Positions 8,670 to 18,431 of a stretch of 64,000 nucleotides of DNA are shown piece after piece. This DNA comes from Candidatus Lustribacter sp. (lineage in GTDB: Bacteria; Vulcanimicrobiota; Vulcanimicrobiia; Vulcanimicrobiales; Vulcanimicrobiaceae), in assembly GCA_965277805.1 (NCBI GenBank), contig OZ255842.1, positions 800,001 to 864,000 of the forward strand, written 5' to 3'. Position numbers and translations under genes: made by a program. Each line of letters opens with the position of its first letter. Positions within the stretch are counted from its first letter, which is position 1. The notes under the pieces were generated by a model. The model did not search any database and was not told the DNA's origin. It worked only from the letters and a program-made list of their open reading frames with translations.

Positions 8670-8683
8670 CGAACATATGTTCG
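8670..8683. promoter_or_regulatory. LexA (SOS/Cheo) box
   Basis: Perfect palindrome CGAACATATGTTCG matching CGAAC-N4-GTTCG, directly abutting the HNH start codon. Confidence 0.8.
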
Positions 8684-8796
8684 CATTAAGTTGTTACCAG
8701 CTTATTGCCGCAGTGTAAAGTTCGCCCGAGGCGGTATGATAGGGAGCCGGTGGGTGTGTGCCCGCCGCGGTCTTTCCGTAAGAGGAGTCGTTTTCG

Positions 8797-9864
8797 GTGC
8801 AGGCAGTCGTGCTGGTCGGTGGTGAGGGGACGCGTCTGCGCCCGCTAACGCTCGAGACCCCCAAACCCATGATCCCCGTCATGAACGTGCCCTTCCTCGA
8901 ACGCACGCTCGTGCGCCTCAAAGAGGCCGGTATCGACGACGTCATCCTCCCCGCCGGCTACCTGCCCGAGGCCATCACGAGCGCCTTCGGCGACGGCAGC
9001 CGCCTCGGCATGAGGGTCCGCTACGTGATCGAGGAGACGCCCCTCGGGACGGCCGGCGCACTCAAGAACGTCGAGCAGTACATCACCGGCCCGTTCTTCG
9101 TGCTCAACGGCGACGTCCTCACGAGCCTCGACCTGCGCGCCATGCTCGCCAACCACCAAGCTAAGGGCGGCGTCGCGAGCCTGCACCTCATTAAGGTCGA
9201 CGACCCGTCGGCCTTCGGCTGCGTCGTCCACGACGCTGACGGCCGCATCAGCGCCTTCGTCGAGAAGCCCAAGCGTGAAGACGCTCCGACGAACGAAGTC
9301 AACGCCGGCACCTACCTTCTTGAGAAGGCAGTCCTCGACGCGATCCCCGCCGGCCGCCCCGTCTCGATCGAGCGCGAAACGTTCCCCGAACTCATCGCGG
9401 CCGGCCAACGGCTCTACGCTTACACCACCGCCGATTACTGGATCGATTTAGGGAAGCCCGAGGCCTATCTCGGCGCTCACCGCGACATTTTCGACGGCAG
9501 AATGCCGCTCGGGCTGCAACCCGGGGTGAACGGGCCGGGTGCTAAGGGAGTACCTTCCTCCGCCATCATCCCGCCGGTCTTCGTCGGTCGCAACGTCCGC
9601 GTTGCCCCGGATGCGAAAATCGGACCATATACGGTTCTCGGTGACGATTGCGAGGTTGGCTCTGGTGCCGTGGTCGCCGACTCGCTCCTCTGGGATAACG
9701 TCGTCGTCGAAGCCGGTGCCAGCCTGGATTGGGCGATCGTCGCCAGCCGGGCGCACATCGGCGCGGGAGCCGTTGTCGGCCGAGGTTCGGTCATCGGTCA
9801 CGGAGCGGACATCGCTCCAAACGCAGCGGTCGGCGAAAACGCCCGCATCCCCGCCCCGGCCTAA
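8797..9864 (+). CDS. NDP-sugar synthase (mannose-1-phosphate guanylyltransferase-like)
   Basis: AVVLVGGEGTRLRPLT..PKP, FVEKP, C-terminal left-handed beta-helix. Confidence 0.92.
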   Translation: MQAVVLVGGEGTRLRPLTLETPKPMIPVMNVPFLERTLVRLKEAGIDDVILPAGYLPEAITSAFGDGSRLGMRVRYVIEETPLGTAGALKNVEQYITGPFFVLNGDVLTSLDLRAMLANHQAKGGVASLHLIKVDDPSAFGCVVHDADGRISAFVEKPKREDAPTNEVNAGTYLLEKAVLDAIPAGRPVSIERETFPELIAAGQRLYAYTTADYWIDLGKPEAYLGAHRDIFDGRMPLGLQPGVNGPGAKGVPSSAIIPPVFVGRNVRVAPDAKIGPYTVLGDDCEVGSGAVVADSLLWDNVVVEAGASLDWAIVASRAHIGAGAVVGRGSVIGHGADIAPNAAVGENARIPAPA

Positions 9865-9871
9865 AAAGGTC

Positions 9872-9896
9872 GTTTGCGTCACTATCCGGCGGGGTA
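9872..9896 (+). promoter_or_regulatory. possible SigB/SigF-type stress promoter
   Basis: GTTT-N16-GGGTA upstream of the GT4 gene. Confidence 0.3.
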
Positions 9897-10003
9897 CCAC
9901 ATAACCAGACGATATCCACACGGTTGCCCTCTCTAAGACCCAGGTAGCGAGGGCGCTCTTTCACATTAGCCGGTCGTACCGGCCGCCACAGGGGGAACCT
10001 CGC

Positions 10004-11176
10004 GTGAACGCTCCTCGGATGCTCTTCCTCGGTTCGTATCCGCCCCGCGAATGCGGAATCGCCACGTTCACCAAAGACGTCGTCGATAGTTACGATCAGC
10101 GGTACGGCCTCCGAAGTGAGATCATCTCGATCGAAGAACCCGGCGCGCCGGAGCGCGAATATCCCGCCACCGTCGTGGCGAGCCTGCAGCAAGACGATCG
10201 CGGCACCTACGGCGCGGTCGCGGAATTCGTCAACACGCATGCGTGCGAAGCGCTGAACGTGCAGCACGAGTACGGTCTTTTCGGCGGCGAGGACGGCGAG
10301 TGGATCGTCGATCTCATCGCACTCGTTCGCAAACCGGTCATCGTGTCGTTGCACACCGTGCTGCCGGAACCGACGCCCAATCATTTGCGCGTAACGCGCA
10401 CGATTTGCGCAACCGCCAGCGGCGTCGTCGTCCTCTCCGCCACCGGCAAAGACATCCTCATCGATCGCTACGGCATCGATCCGAACAAGGTCAGCGTGAT
10501 CCATCACGGCGTGCCCGATGTTCCGTTCCGCGATACCGAAGCGGCGAAAGCATCGCTCGGATTACAGAACCGTCAAGTCGTGTCGACGTTCGGTTTGATC
10601 AATCGCGGCAAGGGTCTCGAGTACGCGATCGAAGCGATGCGCGATGTCGCAACCGCGCATCCCGAAGCGCTCTACTTGATTCTCGGGCAAACGCATCCGG
10701 TCGTGCGCCGGCATGAAGGCGAGATCTATCGCGAGTCGCTGGAAAAGCTGGTCGCGGAATACGGCCTGGCCGACAACGTCCGGCTCGTCGATCGCTATCT
10801 TGGCTTCGACGAGCTCGTGCAGTATCTGCAGGCCACCGACATCTACCTCACGCCCTACCTGAACCCGGTGCAGATTGTCAGCGGCACGCTCGCGTATGCG
10901 ATCGGCCTCGGCAAGGCCGTCGTCTCGACGCCCTATCTGTACGCGGAAGAGCTGCTGGCGCACGGGCGCGGGTTTCTCGTACAGTTCCGCGACGCGCTCT
11001 CGATCGCGAGCACGATGAACGCGCTCTTCGAGGACCGCGATCTGCGCGCGAGCACCGAGCGCCGCGCCTACCGCTTCGGGCGGCAGATGACCTGGCCGCA
11101 CGTCGCGCAAGAATACGGGCGCTTGTTCACCGCGCTGCTGCCCGGCCGCCGTCTGGCGCTGGCCACGTCAGCCTAA
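10004..11176 (+). CDS. glycosyltransferase family 4
   Basis: GSYPPRECGIATF, QHEYG, GKGLEY, SGTLAYA..GKAVVSTPY. Confidence 0.92.
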   Translation: MNAPRMLFLGSYPPRECGIATFTKDVVDSYDQRYGLRSEIISIEEPGAPEREYPATVVASLQQDDRGTYGAVAEFVNTHACEALNVQHEYGLFGGEDGEWIVDLIALVRKPVIVSLHTVLPEPTPNHLRVTRTICATASGVVVLSATGKDILIDRYGIDPNKVSVIHHGVPDVPFRDTEAAKASLGLQNRQVVSTFGLINRGKGLEYAIEAMRDVATAHPEALYLILGQTHPVVRRHEGEIYRESLEKLVAEYGLADNVRLVDRYLGFDELVQYLQATDIYLTPYLNPVQIVSGTLAYAIGLGKAVVSTPYLYAEELLAHGRGFLVQFRDALSIASTMNALFEDRDLRASTERRAYRFGRQMTWPHVAQEYGRLFTALLPGRRLALATSA

Positions 11177-11181
11177 CGGGA

Positions 11182-12234
11182 ATGCCCACCGCTCGCCGGC
11201 CGGTCCTCGACCATCTGGTCACGATGACCGACGACGTCGGCATGTTCCAGCACGCGCGCTTCGACGTCCCGAACCGCTCGTTCGGCTATTGCACCGACGA
11301 CGTGTCCCGCGCGCTGATGGTCGCGGTCGAAGCGACGCGCGACCGTGCGACCGAGCAGATCGGCGCGAAGCTCGTCACCACCTACCTCGCGTTTCTGCTC
11401 GACGCGCAGCTGCCCGACGGCTGGTTCCACAATTTCATGGGCTACGACCGCCGCTGGCAAGATCAGCGCGGCACCCACGACTCGCTCGGCCGCGCCGTTT
11501 GGGGCCTCGGTCACTGCATCGCGCGCGCGCCGCGCGACGCCTGGCGCCGCGTCGCGCGCGAGCTCTTCGACGCCGCGCTGCCGCACGTCGCCGGGCTGCC
11601 GCATCTGCGCTCGCGGGCGTACGCCGCACTCGGCCTCGTAGCCGTGGCGAGCGCCGAACCGGGCGACGCGCAGATCACCGCGGCCTTGCGCGCGGCGGTC
11701 ACGCCGATCGCGAACGCGTATCACGCTCAGGCGTCGCCCGACTGGCGCTGGTGCGAAGAGACGATGACCTACGACAACGCGCGGCTCTGCGAGGCGCTGA
11801 TCCGGGCGGCCGTGGTGCTCGGCGATCACGCGCTGCTGCGCACCGGCCTCTCGATGCTCGACTTCTACGCGCACATCGTCGTCGAAGACGGCATGTTCGT
11901 GCCGATCGGCAACGACGGCTGGTATCCGCGCGGCGGCGAACGCGCGCGCTTCGGTCAGCAACCGTTGGAAGCTGCCGCACTGGTCGCAGCGGCGCTCGCG
12001 GCGTGCGATGCAACCGGCGACTCGCGCTACCGCGATCTCGCCACGGTGGCCGGCGATTGGTACTTCGGCCGCAACACGCACGGGTTTCTCATGGTCACCA
12101 ACGGCGGCTGCCGCGACGGCATCGACCGCAACGGCGTCAGCCCGAACATGGGCGCCGAGTCGACGCTGGCGTATCTCATGAGCGCGCTCGCGCTCGCCGC
12201 CTCGCAACAACAACCCCTGCGCATCGCGCGCTAG
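11182..12234 (+). CDS. GT4-associated six-hairpin glycosidase-like protein
   Basis: LDHL..MTDDVGMFQHA, GYCTDD, TYDNARL, QQPLEA, NMGAESTLA; resembles the domain often fused to the preceding GT4 type. Confidence 0.75.
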   Translation: MPTARRPVLDHLVTMTDDVGMFQHARFDVPNRSFGYCTDDVSRALMVAVEATRDRATEQIGAKLVTTYLAFLLDAQLPDGWFHNFMGYDRRWQDQRGTHDSLGRAVWGLGHCIARAPRDAWRRVARELFDAALPHVAGLPHLRSRAYAALGLVAVASAEPGDAQITAALRAAVTPIANAYHAQASPDWRWCEETMTYDNARLCEALIRAAVVLGDHALLRTGLSMLDFYAHIVVEDGMFVPIGNDGWYPRGGERARFGQQPLEAAALVAAALAACDATGDSRYRDLATVAGDWYFGRNTHGFLMVTNGGCRDGIDRNGVSPNMGAESTLAYLMSALALAASQQQPLRIAR

Positions 12235-12283
12235 TGGAGTGATCGCCTAGGCGAGTGTAGCTCGCGCGGCGAAATTTGTAGGG

Positions 12284-14458
12284 ATGATCGTTGCGTCCGA
12301 GCATCTGAACGATGTTCAACGAGCTGCCGTCGAGTATACGGACGGCCCGTGCCTCATTTTCGCCGGAGCCGGCTCCGGCAAGACGCGCGTGCTCACGCAT
12401 CGCATCGCCTACCTGCTCGAGAAAAAGCGCGTCGCGCCGTGGAATATTCTGGCCGTCACCTTCACGAATAAGGCCGCGGGCGAAATGAAGACGCGTCTGC
12501 AGGAGATGGTCGGCGACGACGCGCGCGACCTGTGGGTCGGGACGTTCCATGCGATGTGCGTGCGCATTTTGCGGCGCGACGGCGCGGCGATCGGCGTCGG
12601 CCGCGGTTTCACGATCATGGATGCCACCGACCAGCGCGCGATCGTGCGCGACATCCTGCACGATCTGGATATCGACGAACGTCAGGTCTCGCCCGGCGGC
12701 GCGCTGGCCGAGATCTCGAAGGCCAAGAACAACCTCTGGCCCCCCGATGAGTACGAAGAGCGCCATCCCTCCTATATCGGCGAACGTTATGCGTCGATCT
12801 ACCGCGAGTACGAGCGCCGCCTCGCCGAGTCCAACGGCCTCGACTTCGACGATCTGATCATGCGCACGATCCACTTGCTGGAACGTGACGAAACCGCCCG
12901 CAACTATTATCAAAATAAGTTCCGCTACGTGCTGGTCGATGAGTACCAGGACGTCAACTTCGCGCAGTACCGGCTGGTCGCGCTCTTTGCGGGCCTGCAC
13001 AAGAACCTCACCGTCGTCGGCGATGACGATCAGTCGATCTACTCGTGGCGCGGCAGCGACTATCGCATGATCCTGCGCTTCGAGGAAGACTTTCCGGGCG
13101 CAAAGATCTTCAAGCTCGAAGAGAACTACCGCTCGACCCAAACGATCCTCGCGGCCGCGAACGAGCTCGTGGTCAACAACGCGAACCGCTCGAACAAGAC
13201 GCTGTTCACGAACCGCAAAGCCGGCGAACCGGTCACCGCGTATCAGGCCGACTCCGACCGCGAAGAAGCGCGCTATGTGCTCGACACGATCCGCAAGCAC
13301 ACGCAAGAGGACGCGTCGTTCAACGACATCCTCGTCCTCTACCGCACCAACGCGCAATCGCGCGTCATCGAAGAGGCGCTGCTGGCGCAGGGCATTCCCT
13401 ATCGCGTCGTAGGCGGCGTCGGCTTCTACGCGCGGGCGGAAGTCAAGGACATGCTCGCCTACCTGCGTTACATCCTCAACCCTTCGGATGCGGTCGCGTT
13501 CCGGCGCATCATCAACGTGCCGCGCCGCTCGATCGGCACGCAGACCGTCAACCAGCTCGACGCCGCCGCGACCAAGGCCGGCATCCCGATCGGCGAAACG
13601 GTGTTCGATGCGGACTTGCTCAAACGCGTGGCGCCGAAGAAGCAGCGCGAACTCGAGCGCTTCGCCGCGCTGATCAAGGATCTGCGCGAGAAAGCGCAGG
13701 TGTTCCCGATTTCGGATTTGCTGATCGCGGTGATGGAAGAGTCCGGCTACCTGCGCGAGATGCAGGCCGACGAAACGAACGAGGGGCGCGCGCGCGTCGA
13801 GAACCTCGAAGAGCTGGTCAGCGTGGCCAAAGAGTTCGAGACGAATCCCGACACCACGTCGACGCTCGAAGACTTCCTCGCCAACATCGCGCTGGTGAGC
13901 GATCTCGACACGCTCGATGAGGGCACGTCGTACGTTACGCTGATGACCTTGCACGGCGCCAAGGGCCTCGAGTATCCGATCGTGTTTCTCACCGGTCTCG
14001 AAGAGGGCGTGTTTCCGCACGTGCGCGCGCAGACCGACGAGACCGAACTCGAAGAGGAGCGGCGCCTCGCGTACGTCGGCATGACGCGCGCGATGGACCA
14101 CATCTACCTCTCATACGCGTCGCGGCGCATGCTCTTCGGCAACATCCAGGCCCACCCGCGCTCGCGTTTCATCGGCGAAATGCGATCGGTCAAGATCATC
14201 GGCAAACCGGTCGACGAAGCCGTTCGCTCGGACCGCCCGGCAAGGGGGCGCTGGTCGGATGTTGCCATTCACGAGAACGCGGGTGCTAGCGTCGGGGTAC
14301 ATTTTGAGCGGGGCGACGCCGTCCGGCACAAAGTCTGGGGTCAGGGCGTCGTTTTCGCGGCTGAAACGGGTGGCGGAGACGGCCTGCTGACGGTTGATTT
14401 CCCCAGCGTCGGACGCAAGATGGTGATGTTGAAATACGCGCCGCTCGAGAAGGTCTAG
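12284..14458 (+). CDS. pcrA: ATP-dependent DNA helicase PcrA/UvrD (canonical copy)
   Basis: AGAGSGKT, DEYQD, GDDDQSIYSWRG, LEENYRS, TLHGAKGLEY, EERRLAYVGMTRA; C-terminal Tudor-like domain. Confidence 0.95.
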   Translation: MIVASEHLNDVQRAAVEYTDGPCLIFAGAGSGKTRVLTHRIAYLLEKKRVAPWNILAVTFTNKAAGEMKTRLQEMVGDDARDLWVGTFHAMCVRILRRDGAAIGVGRGFTIMDATDQRAIVRDILHDLDIDERQVSPGGALAEISKAKNNLWPPDEYEERHPSYIGERYASIYREYERRLAESNGLDFDDLIMRTIHLLERDETARNYYQNKFRYVLVDEYQDVNFAQYRLVALFAGLHKNLTVVGDDDQSIYSWRGSDYRMILRFEEDFPGAKIFKLEENYRSTQTILAAANELVVNNANRSNKTLFTNRKAGEPVTAYQADSDREEARYVLDTIRKHTQEDASFNDILVLYRTNAQSRVIEEALLAQGIPYRVVGGVGFYARAEVKDMLAYLRYILNPSDAVAFRRIINVPRRSIGTQTVNQLDAAATKAGIPIGETVFDADLLKRVAPKKQRELERFAALIKDLREKAQVFPISDLLIAVMEESGYLREMQADETNEGRARVENLEELVSVAKEFETNPDTTSTLEDFLANIALVSDLDTLDEGTSYVTLMTLHGAKGLEYPIVFLTGLEEGVFPHVRAQTDETELEEERRLAYVGMTRAMDHIYLSYASRRMLFGNIQAHPRSRFIGEMRSVKIIGKPVDEAVRSDRPARGRWSDVAIHENAGASVGVHFERGDAVRHKVWGQGVVFAAETGGGDGLLTVDFPSVGRKMVMLKYAPLEKV

Positions 14459-14525
14459 ACCCCCCGGGCCCCGGACCAGCTTCGGAGGCTAGGCAAAAAT
14501 GCCACCGTTGGCGAACATTGATTAG

Positions 14526-16688
14526 ATGATTGTCGAGTCGGAAGCCCTTAACGATGTTCAACAGGCCGCTGTCGAACACACCGATGGCCCGTGTTTAATC
14601 TTCGCGGGCGCCGGTTCGGGGAAGACCCGCGTGCTGACCAACCGCATCGCGTATCTCCTCAACGAGAAGAAGGTCTTCCCGGACCGCATCCTAGCCGTCA
14701 CGTTTACGAACAAGGCCGCGGCCGAGATGAAGTCCCGGATCGAAGCGATGGTCGGCGCCCCGGCGCGCGACCTCTGGGTCGGCACCTTCCACGCGATGTG
14801 CGTGCGCATGTTGCGCCGCGACGGCAAAAAGATCGGTATCGCGAGCAATTTCGCGATCATGGACGACACGGATCAAAAGCAGATCATCCGCGACATCCTT
14901 CACGATCTCGACATGGACGAACGCCAGGTGATCCCCGGCGCGGCCCTCGCTGAGATTTCGAAGGCAAAGAACAATCTCTGGTCGCCCGACGTCTACGAAG
15001 AAAAGCACCAGTCGTTCATCGGCGAACGCTATGCCGCGGTCTACCGCGAGTACGAACGCCGCCTGCAAGAATCGAACGGGCTCGACTTCGACGATCTCGT
15101 CTCGCGCACGATCGAGCTGCTGCAGAACGACGAAGAAACGCGCGTCCGCTACCAGTCGAAGTTCCGCTACGTGCTGGTCGACGAGTATCAAGACGTCAAC
15201 TTCGCGCAATACAAACTGGTCGCGCTGCTGGCCGACGAGCACAAGAACATCACGGTCGCCGGCGATGACGATCAGTCGATCGATGCCGCGCGCGGCAGCG
15301 ACTTCCACATGATCTTGAACTTCGAAAAAGACTTCAAGGGCGCGAAAACGTTCAAGTTCGAAGAGAACTTCCGTTCGTCGCAAACGATCCTCGCCGCGGC
15401 GAACGAACTGATCCTCAACAACCCCGACCGCGCGGCCAAGACGCTCGTCACCAAGCGCGGCGAAGGCGAGAAGATCACCGCGTTCCAGGCGGAGTCGGAA
15501 CGCGCCGAAGTCCGCTACGTGATGGAGAAGATCAAGGAACACGTCCGCGAGGGCTCGGCCTATCGCGACTTCCTCGTGCTCTATCGCACCAACGCCCAGT
15601 CGCGGTATTTCGAAGAAGGCTTCCTGGCCGAAGGCATCCCCTACCGCGTAGTGGGCGGCGTCGGCTTCTACGCGCGGACCGAGATCAAAGACATGCTCTC
15701 GTACCTGCGCTACATCGTGAACCCGTCCGACGCCGTGGCTTTCCGCCGCATCGTCAACGTGCCGCGCCGTTCGATCGGCCAGCAGACGCTGACGTCGCTG
15801 CTCGACGCCGCGAATGCCTCGGGTGTGTCCGTGGGCCAGGCGGTCTTTGACTCGTCCTTGCTCAAGCGCGCCGTTCCGAAGAAGCAGCGCGAACTCGAAC
15901 GTTTCGCCGAGCTGATCAACGATCTGCGCGAAAAAGCGAAGACGCTTTCGATCTCGGATCTGCTCACGGCCGTGATGGAAGAGTCGGGCTACCTGCGCGA
16001 GCTGCAGAGCGACGACACCAACGAAGGCCGCGCGCGCGTCGAGAACATGCAAGAGCTCATCGGCGTTGCCAAAGAGTTCGAAGCGAACACGGAAACCGGC
16101 ACGACGCTGGATGACTTCCTGGCCAACATCGCGCTCGTCAGCGACCTCGACACGCTCGATCCCGAGACGTCGTTCGTCACCCTGATGACGATGCAGGCGG
16201 CGAAGGGCCTCGAGTTCCCGATCGTGTTCCTGACCGGCCTCGAAGAAGGCGTCTTCCCGCACACGAAGGCGCTGACCGACAACACGGAGCTCGAAGAAGA
16301 GCGCCGTCTGGCGTACGTCGGCGTGACGCGCGCGATGGACCGGCTCTATCTCTCGTACGCTGCGCGGCGCACGCTGTTCGGCAACACGTTCTCGCATCCG
16401 AAATCACGGTTCATCGATGAGATGCCCTCGATCGAAGCGATCGGCGGTATCGGCATCGGGCCGCGTCCGGGCGGCGGCCGCTGGCGCGAAGTGTCGATCC
16501 ACGAAAACGCCGGCGCGGGCGTGGGCCTCGGCCTCGCTGCGGGCGACCGCGTGCGCCATCCGAAATGGGGCGAAGGGCTCGTCGTCGACATCGCCGGAGC
16601 CGGCGCCGACGGACTGCTGACCATCAACTTCCCGAACGTCGGACAGAAGATGGTCATGCTCAAGTACGCTCCTCTCGAGCGAGTATAA
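14526..16688 (+). CDS. PcrA/UvrD paralog with altered helicase motifs III/IV/V
   Basis: Closely similar to the upstream gene, but GDDDQSIDAARG, FEENFRS, TMQAAKGLEF. Confidence 0.93.
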   Translation: MIVESEALNDVQQAAVEHTDGPCLIFAGAGSGKTRVLTNRIAYLLNEKKVFPDRILAVTFTNKAAAEMKSRIEAMVGAPARDLWVGTFHAMCVRMLRRDGKKIGIASNFAIMDDTDQKQIIRDILHDLDMDERQVIPGAALAEISKAKNNLWSPDVYEEKHQSFIGERYAAVYREYERRLQESNGLDFDDLVSRTIELLQNDEETRVRYQSKFRYVLVDEYQDVNFAQYKLVALLADEHKNITVAGDDDQSIDAARGSDFHMILNFEKDFKGAKTFKFEENFRSSQTILAAANELILNNPDRAAKTLVTKRGEGEKITAFQAESERAEVRYVMEKIKEHVREGSAYRDFLVLYRTNAQSRYFEEGFLAEGIPYRVVGGVGFYARTEIKDMLSYLRYIVNPSDAVAFRRIVNVPRRSIGQQTLTSLLDAANASGVSVGQAVFDSSLLKRAVPKKQRELERFAELINDLREKAKTLSISDLLTAVMEESGYLRELQSDDTNEGRARVENMQELIGVAKEFEANTETGTTLDDFLANIALVSDLDTLDPETSFVTLMTMQAAKGLEFPIVFLTGLEEGVFPHTKALTDNTELEEERRLAYVGVTRAMDRLYLSYAARRTLFGNTFSHPKSRFIDEMPSIEAIGGIGIGPRPGGGRWREVSIHENAGAGVGLGLAAGDRVRHPKWGEGLVVDIAGAGADGLLTINFPNVGQKMVMLKYAPLERV

Positions 16689-16692
16689 TTCG

Positions 16693-17433
16693 GTGCGCGT
16701 CGGCGTTGCCGGCGCGCTCGGCCGGCTCGGTAGTGTGGCATGCTCTGCGGTCAGCTCGGCCGACGGCCTCGAGCTGGTTGCGGCGTTCGATCGCGACTTT
16801 GCCGGCGAGCGGTTAGCCGCGCGCATCGGCGTCGGCGGCGATGCGCTCATCTTCGATAAGCTCGAGGCGTTCTATGCTACCGGTATGGACGTCGTCGTCG
16901 ACTGCACGATCTATCCGGTCACGGTGGAAGTCGCGCACGTCGCGCTCGCCAAGGGCATCTCGCCCGTGATCGCGGCGACCGGCCGAAGCGACGCCGATAT
17001 CGTCGCGCTCGCGGCGGATTGCGAGGACCGCGGCGTGCCCGGCATGCTCGTCCCCAACTTCTCGGTCGGCGCCGTCTTGATGATGAAGCTGGCCGTCGAA
17101 GCGGCGAAGGTGATGCCGCACGTCGAAATCATCGAGCTGCACCACGAAGCGAAGAAAGATGCGCCCAGCGGTACGGCCAAACTTACTGCCCGGCGCATCG
17201 CCGAGGCGGGCGGACCGGCCGACGTGCCGATCCATAGCGTCCGGCTGCCCGGATACGTCGCGCACCAGGAAGTGCTCTTCGGCGGTCTCGGCGAGACGCT
17301 TACCATTCGTCACGATTCCCTCTCGCGCGATTCGTTCGGGCCGGGGATCGTTCTGGCGGCTAAAACTGTTCGCAAGCTGACGGGCTTGACGATCGGACTT
17401 GAATCCCTACTTTTTCCGGAGGTTATCTCGTGA
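16693..17433 (+). CDS. dapB: 4-hydroxy-tetrahydrodipicolinate reductase
   Basis: GALGRLG, PNFSVG, IIELHHEAKKDAPSGTA, IHSVR. Confidence 0.95.
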   Translation: MRVGVAGALGRLGSVACSAVSSADGLELVAAFDRDFAGERLAARIGVGGDALIFDKLEAFYATGMDVVVDCTIYPVTVEVAHVALAKGISPVIAATGRSDADIVALAADCEDRGVPGMLVPNFSVGAVLMMKLAVEAAKVMPHVEIIELHHEAKKDAPSGTAKLTARRIAEAGGPADVPIHSVRLPGYVAHQEVLFGGLGETLTIRHDSLSRDSFGPGIVLAAKTVRKLTGLTIGLESLLFPEVIS

Positions 17434-18431
17434 GGGTCGCGGTTATCGGTGCAACGGGCGTGGTGGGGGAAACGATCCTCCGAGTGCTCGAGGAACGAAA
17501 GGTTCCGGTCGACACGCTCTTAGCCTATGCGTCGCGCGAACGCGACAACGCCGTGATGTTTCACGGTGCGTCGTTGCCCGTTGCGGTGGCAACGTCGGCG
17601 CGCATCATCGCCGACAAACCACACGTGGCGTTCTTCGCATCGAGCGACGACGCGAGCGCGGAGATGGCGAATGCACTAGCCGATGCCGGCATCATCGTGA
17701 TCGACAACTCGTCGACGTTCCGGCTCGATCCGGCCTGCCCGCTGGTCGTGCCCGAGGTCAATCCCGAGTCGATCCATGCGAGCCATCGCATCTTTCCGGT
17801 CGGTAACTGCACGGCGATCGTGCTGTGCGTCGGGCTCGCTCCGATCGAGCGCAAGGTCGGGCTGAAGTCCGTGCGCGTGTCGACGTATCAGGCCGTCAGC
17901 GGCGCGGGCCGCGCCGGACTCGATACGCTGGCCGATGAGGAAGCGGGCAAAGCGCCCAACGGCACGTTCGCCGCGCCGATTCTCCATAACGTCGTGCCGC
18001 AAGTCGGTTCGTTCAGCGGTATCGGGAACAACGGCGAAGAGGACAAGGTCGCGCAAGAGACGCGCAAGACGCTCAACCGTCCGGACCTGCACGTCGCCGC
18101 CACGTGCGTGCGCGTTCCGGTGCGCCGCGCGCACAGCGAAACGGTGTTCTTCGAAACCGAACGTCCGACGAGCCTCGAAGAGCTCGGCGATGCGCTGGCA
18201 TCGGCCAAGGGCGTGGTGTTCCACGACCGCGGCATCGTCACGCCGCTCGACGTCGAGAATACCGACGTCGTGCACGTGGCGCGCCTGCGTCCCGAAACGG
18301 AAAACGATGACACGCGCTTCATGATGTGGGTCGTCGGCGACCAGCTTCGTAAGGGTGCTGCCACGAACGGCGTGCAGATCCTCGAACTGCTGGTCGAGCA
18401 AGGCCGGTTCGCAACGGCGGCAGCGCGATGA
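17430..18431 (+). CDS. asd: aspartate-semialdehyde dehydrogenase
   Basis: GATGVVG, IDNSS, VPEVN, NCT, SGAG, DQLRKGAATN. Confidence 0.96.
   Translation: MRVAVIGATGVVGETILRVLEERKVPVDTLLAYASRERDNAVMFHGASLPVAVATSARIIADKPHVAFFASSDDASAEMANALADAGIIVIDNSSTFRLDPACPLVVPEVNPESIHASHRIFPVGNCTAIVLCVGLAPIERKVGLKSVRVSTYQAVSGAGRAGLDTLADEEAGKAPNGTFAAPILHNVVPQVGSFSGIGNNGEEDKVAQETRKTLNRPDLHVAATCVRVPVRRAHSETVFFETERPTSLEELGDALASAKGVVFHDRGIVTPLDVENTDVVHVARLRPETENDDTRFMMWVVGDQLRKGAATNGVQILELLVEQGRFATAAAR

Noticed and set aside
14511-14525. CGAACATTGATTAG upstream of the second pcrA as a LexA box
   Set aside because: Only one half-site matches.
12176-16397. Long antisense ORFs opposite the pcrA genes (and similar ones opposite pur, thrS and SBP genes)
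   Set aside because: Typical high-GC shadow frames; the sense strands carry clear family motifs.
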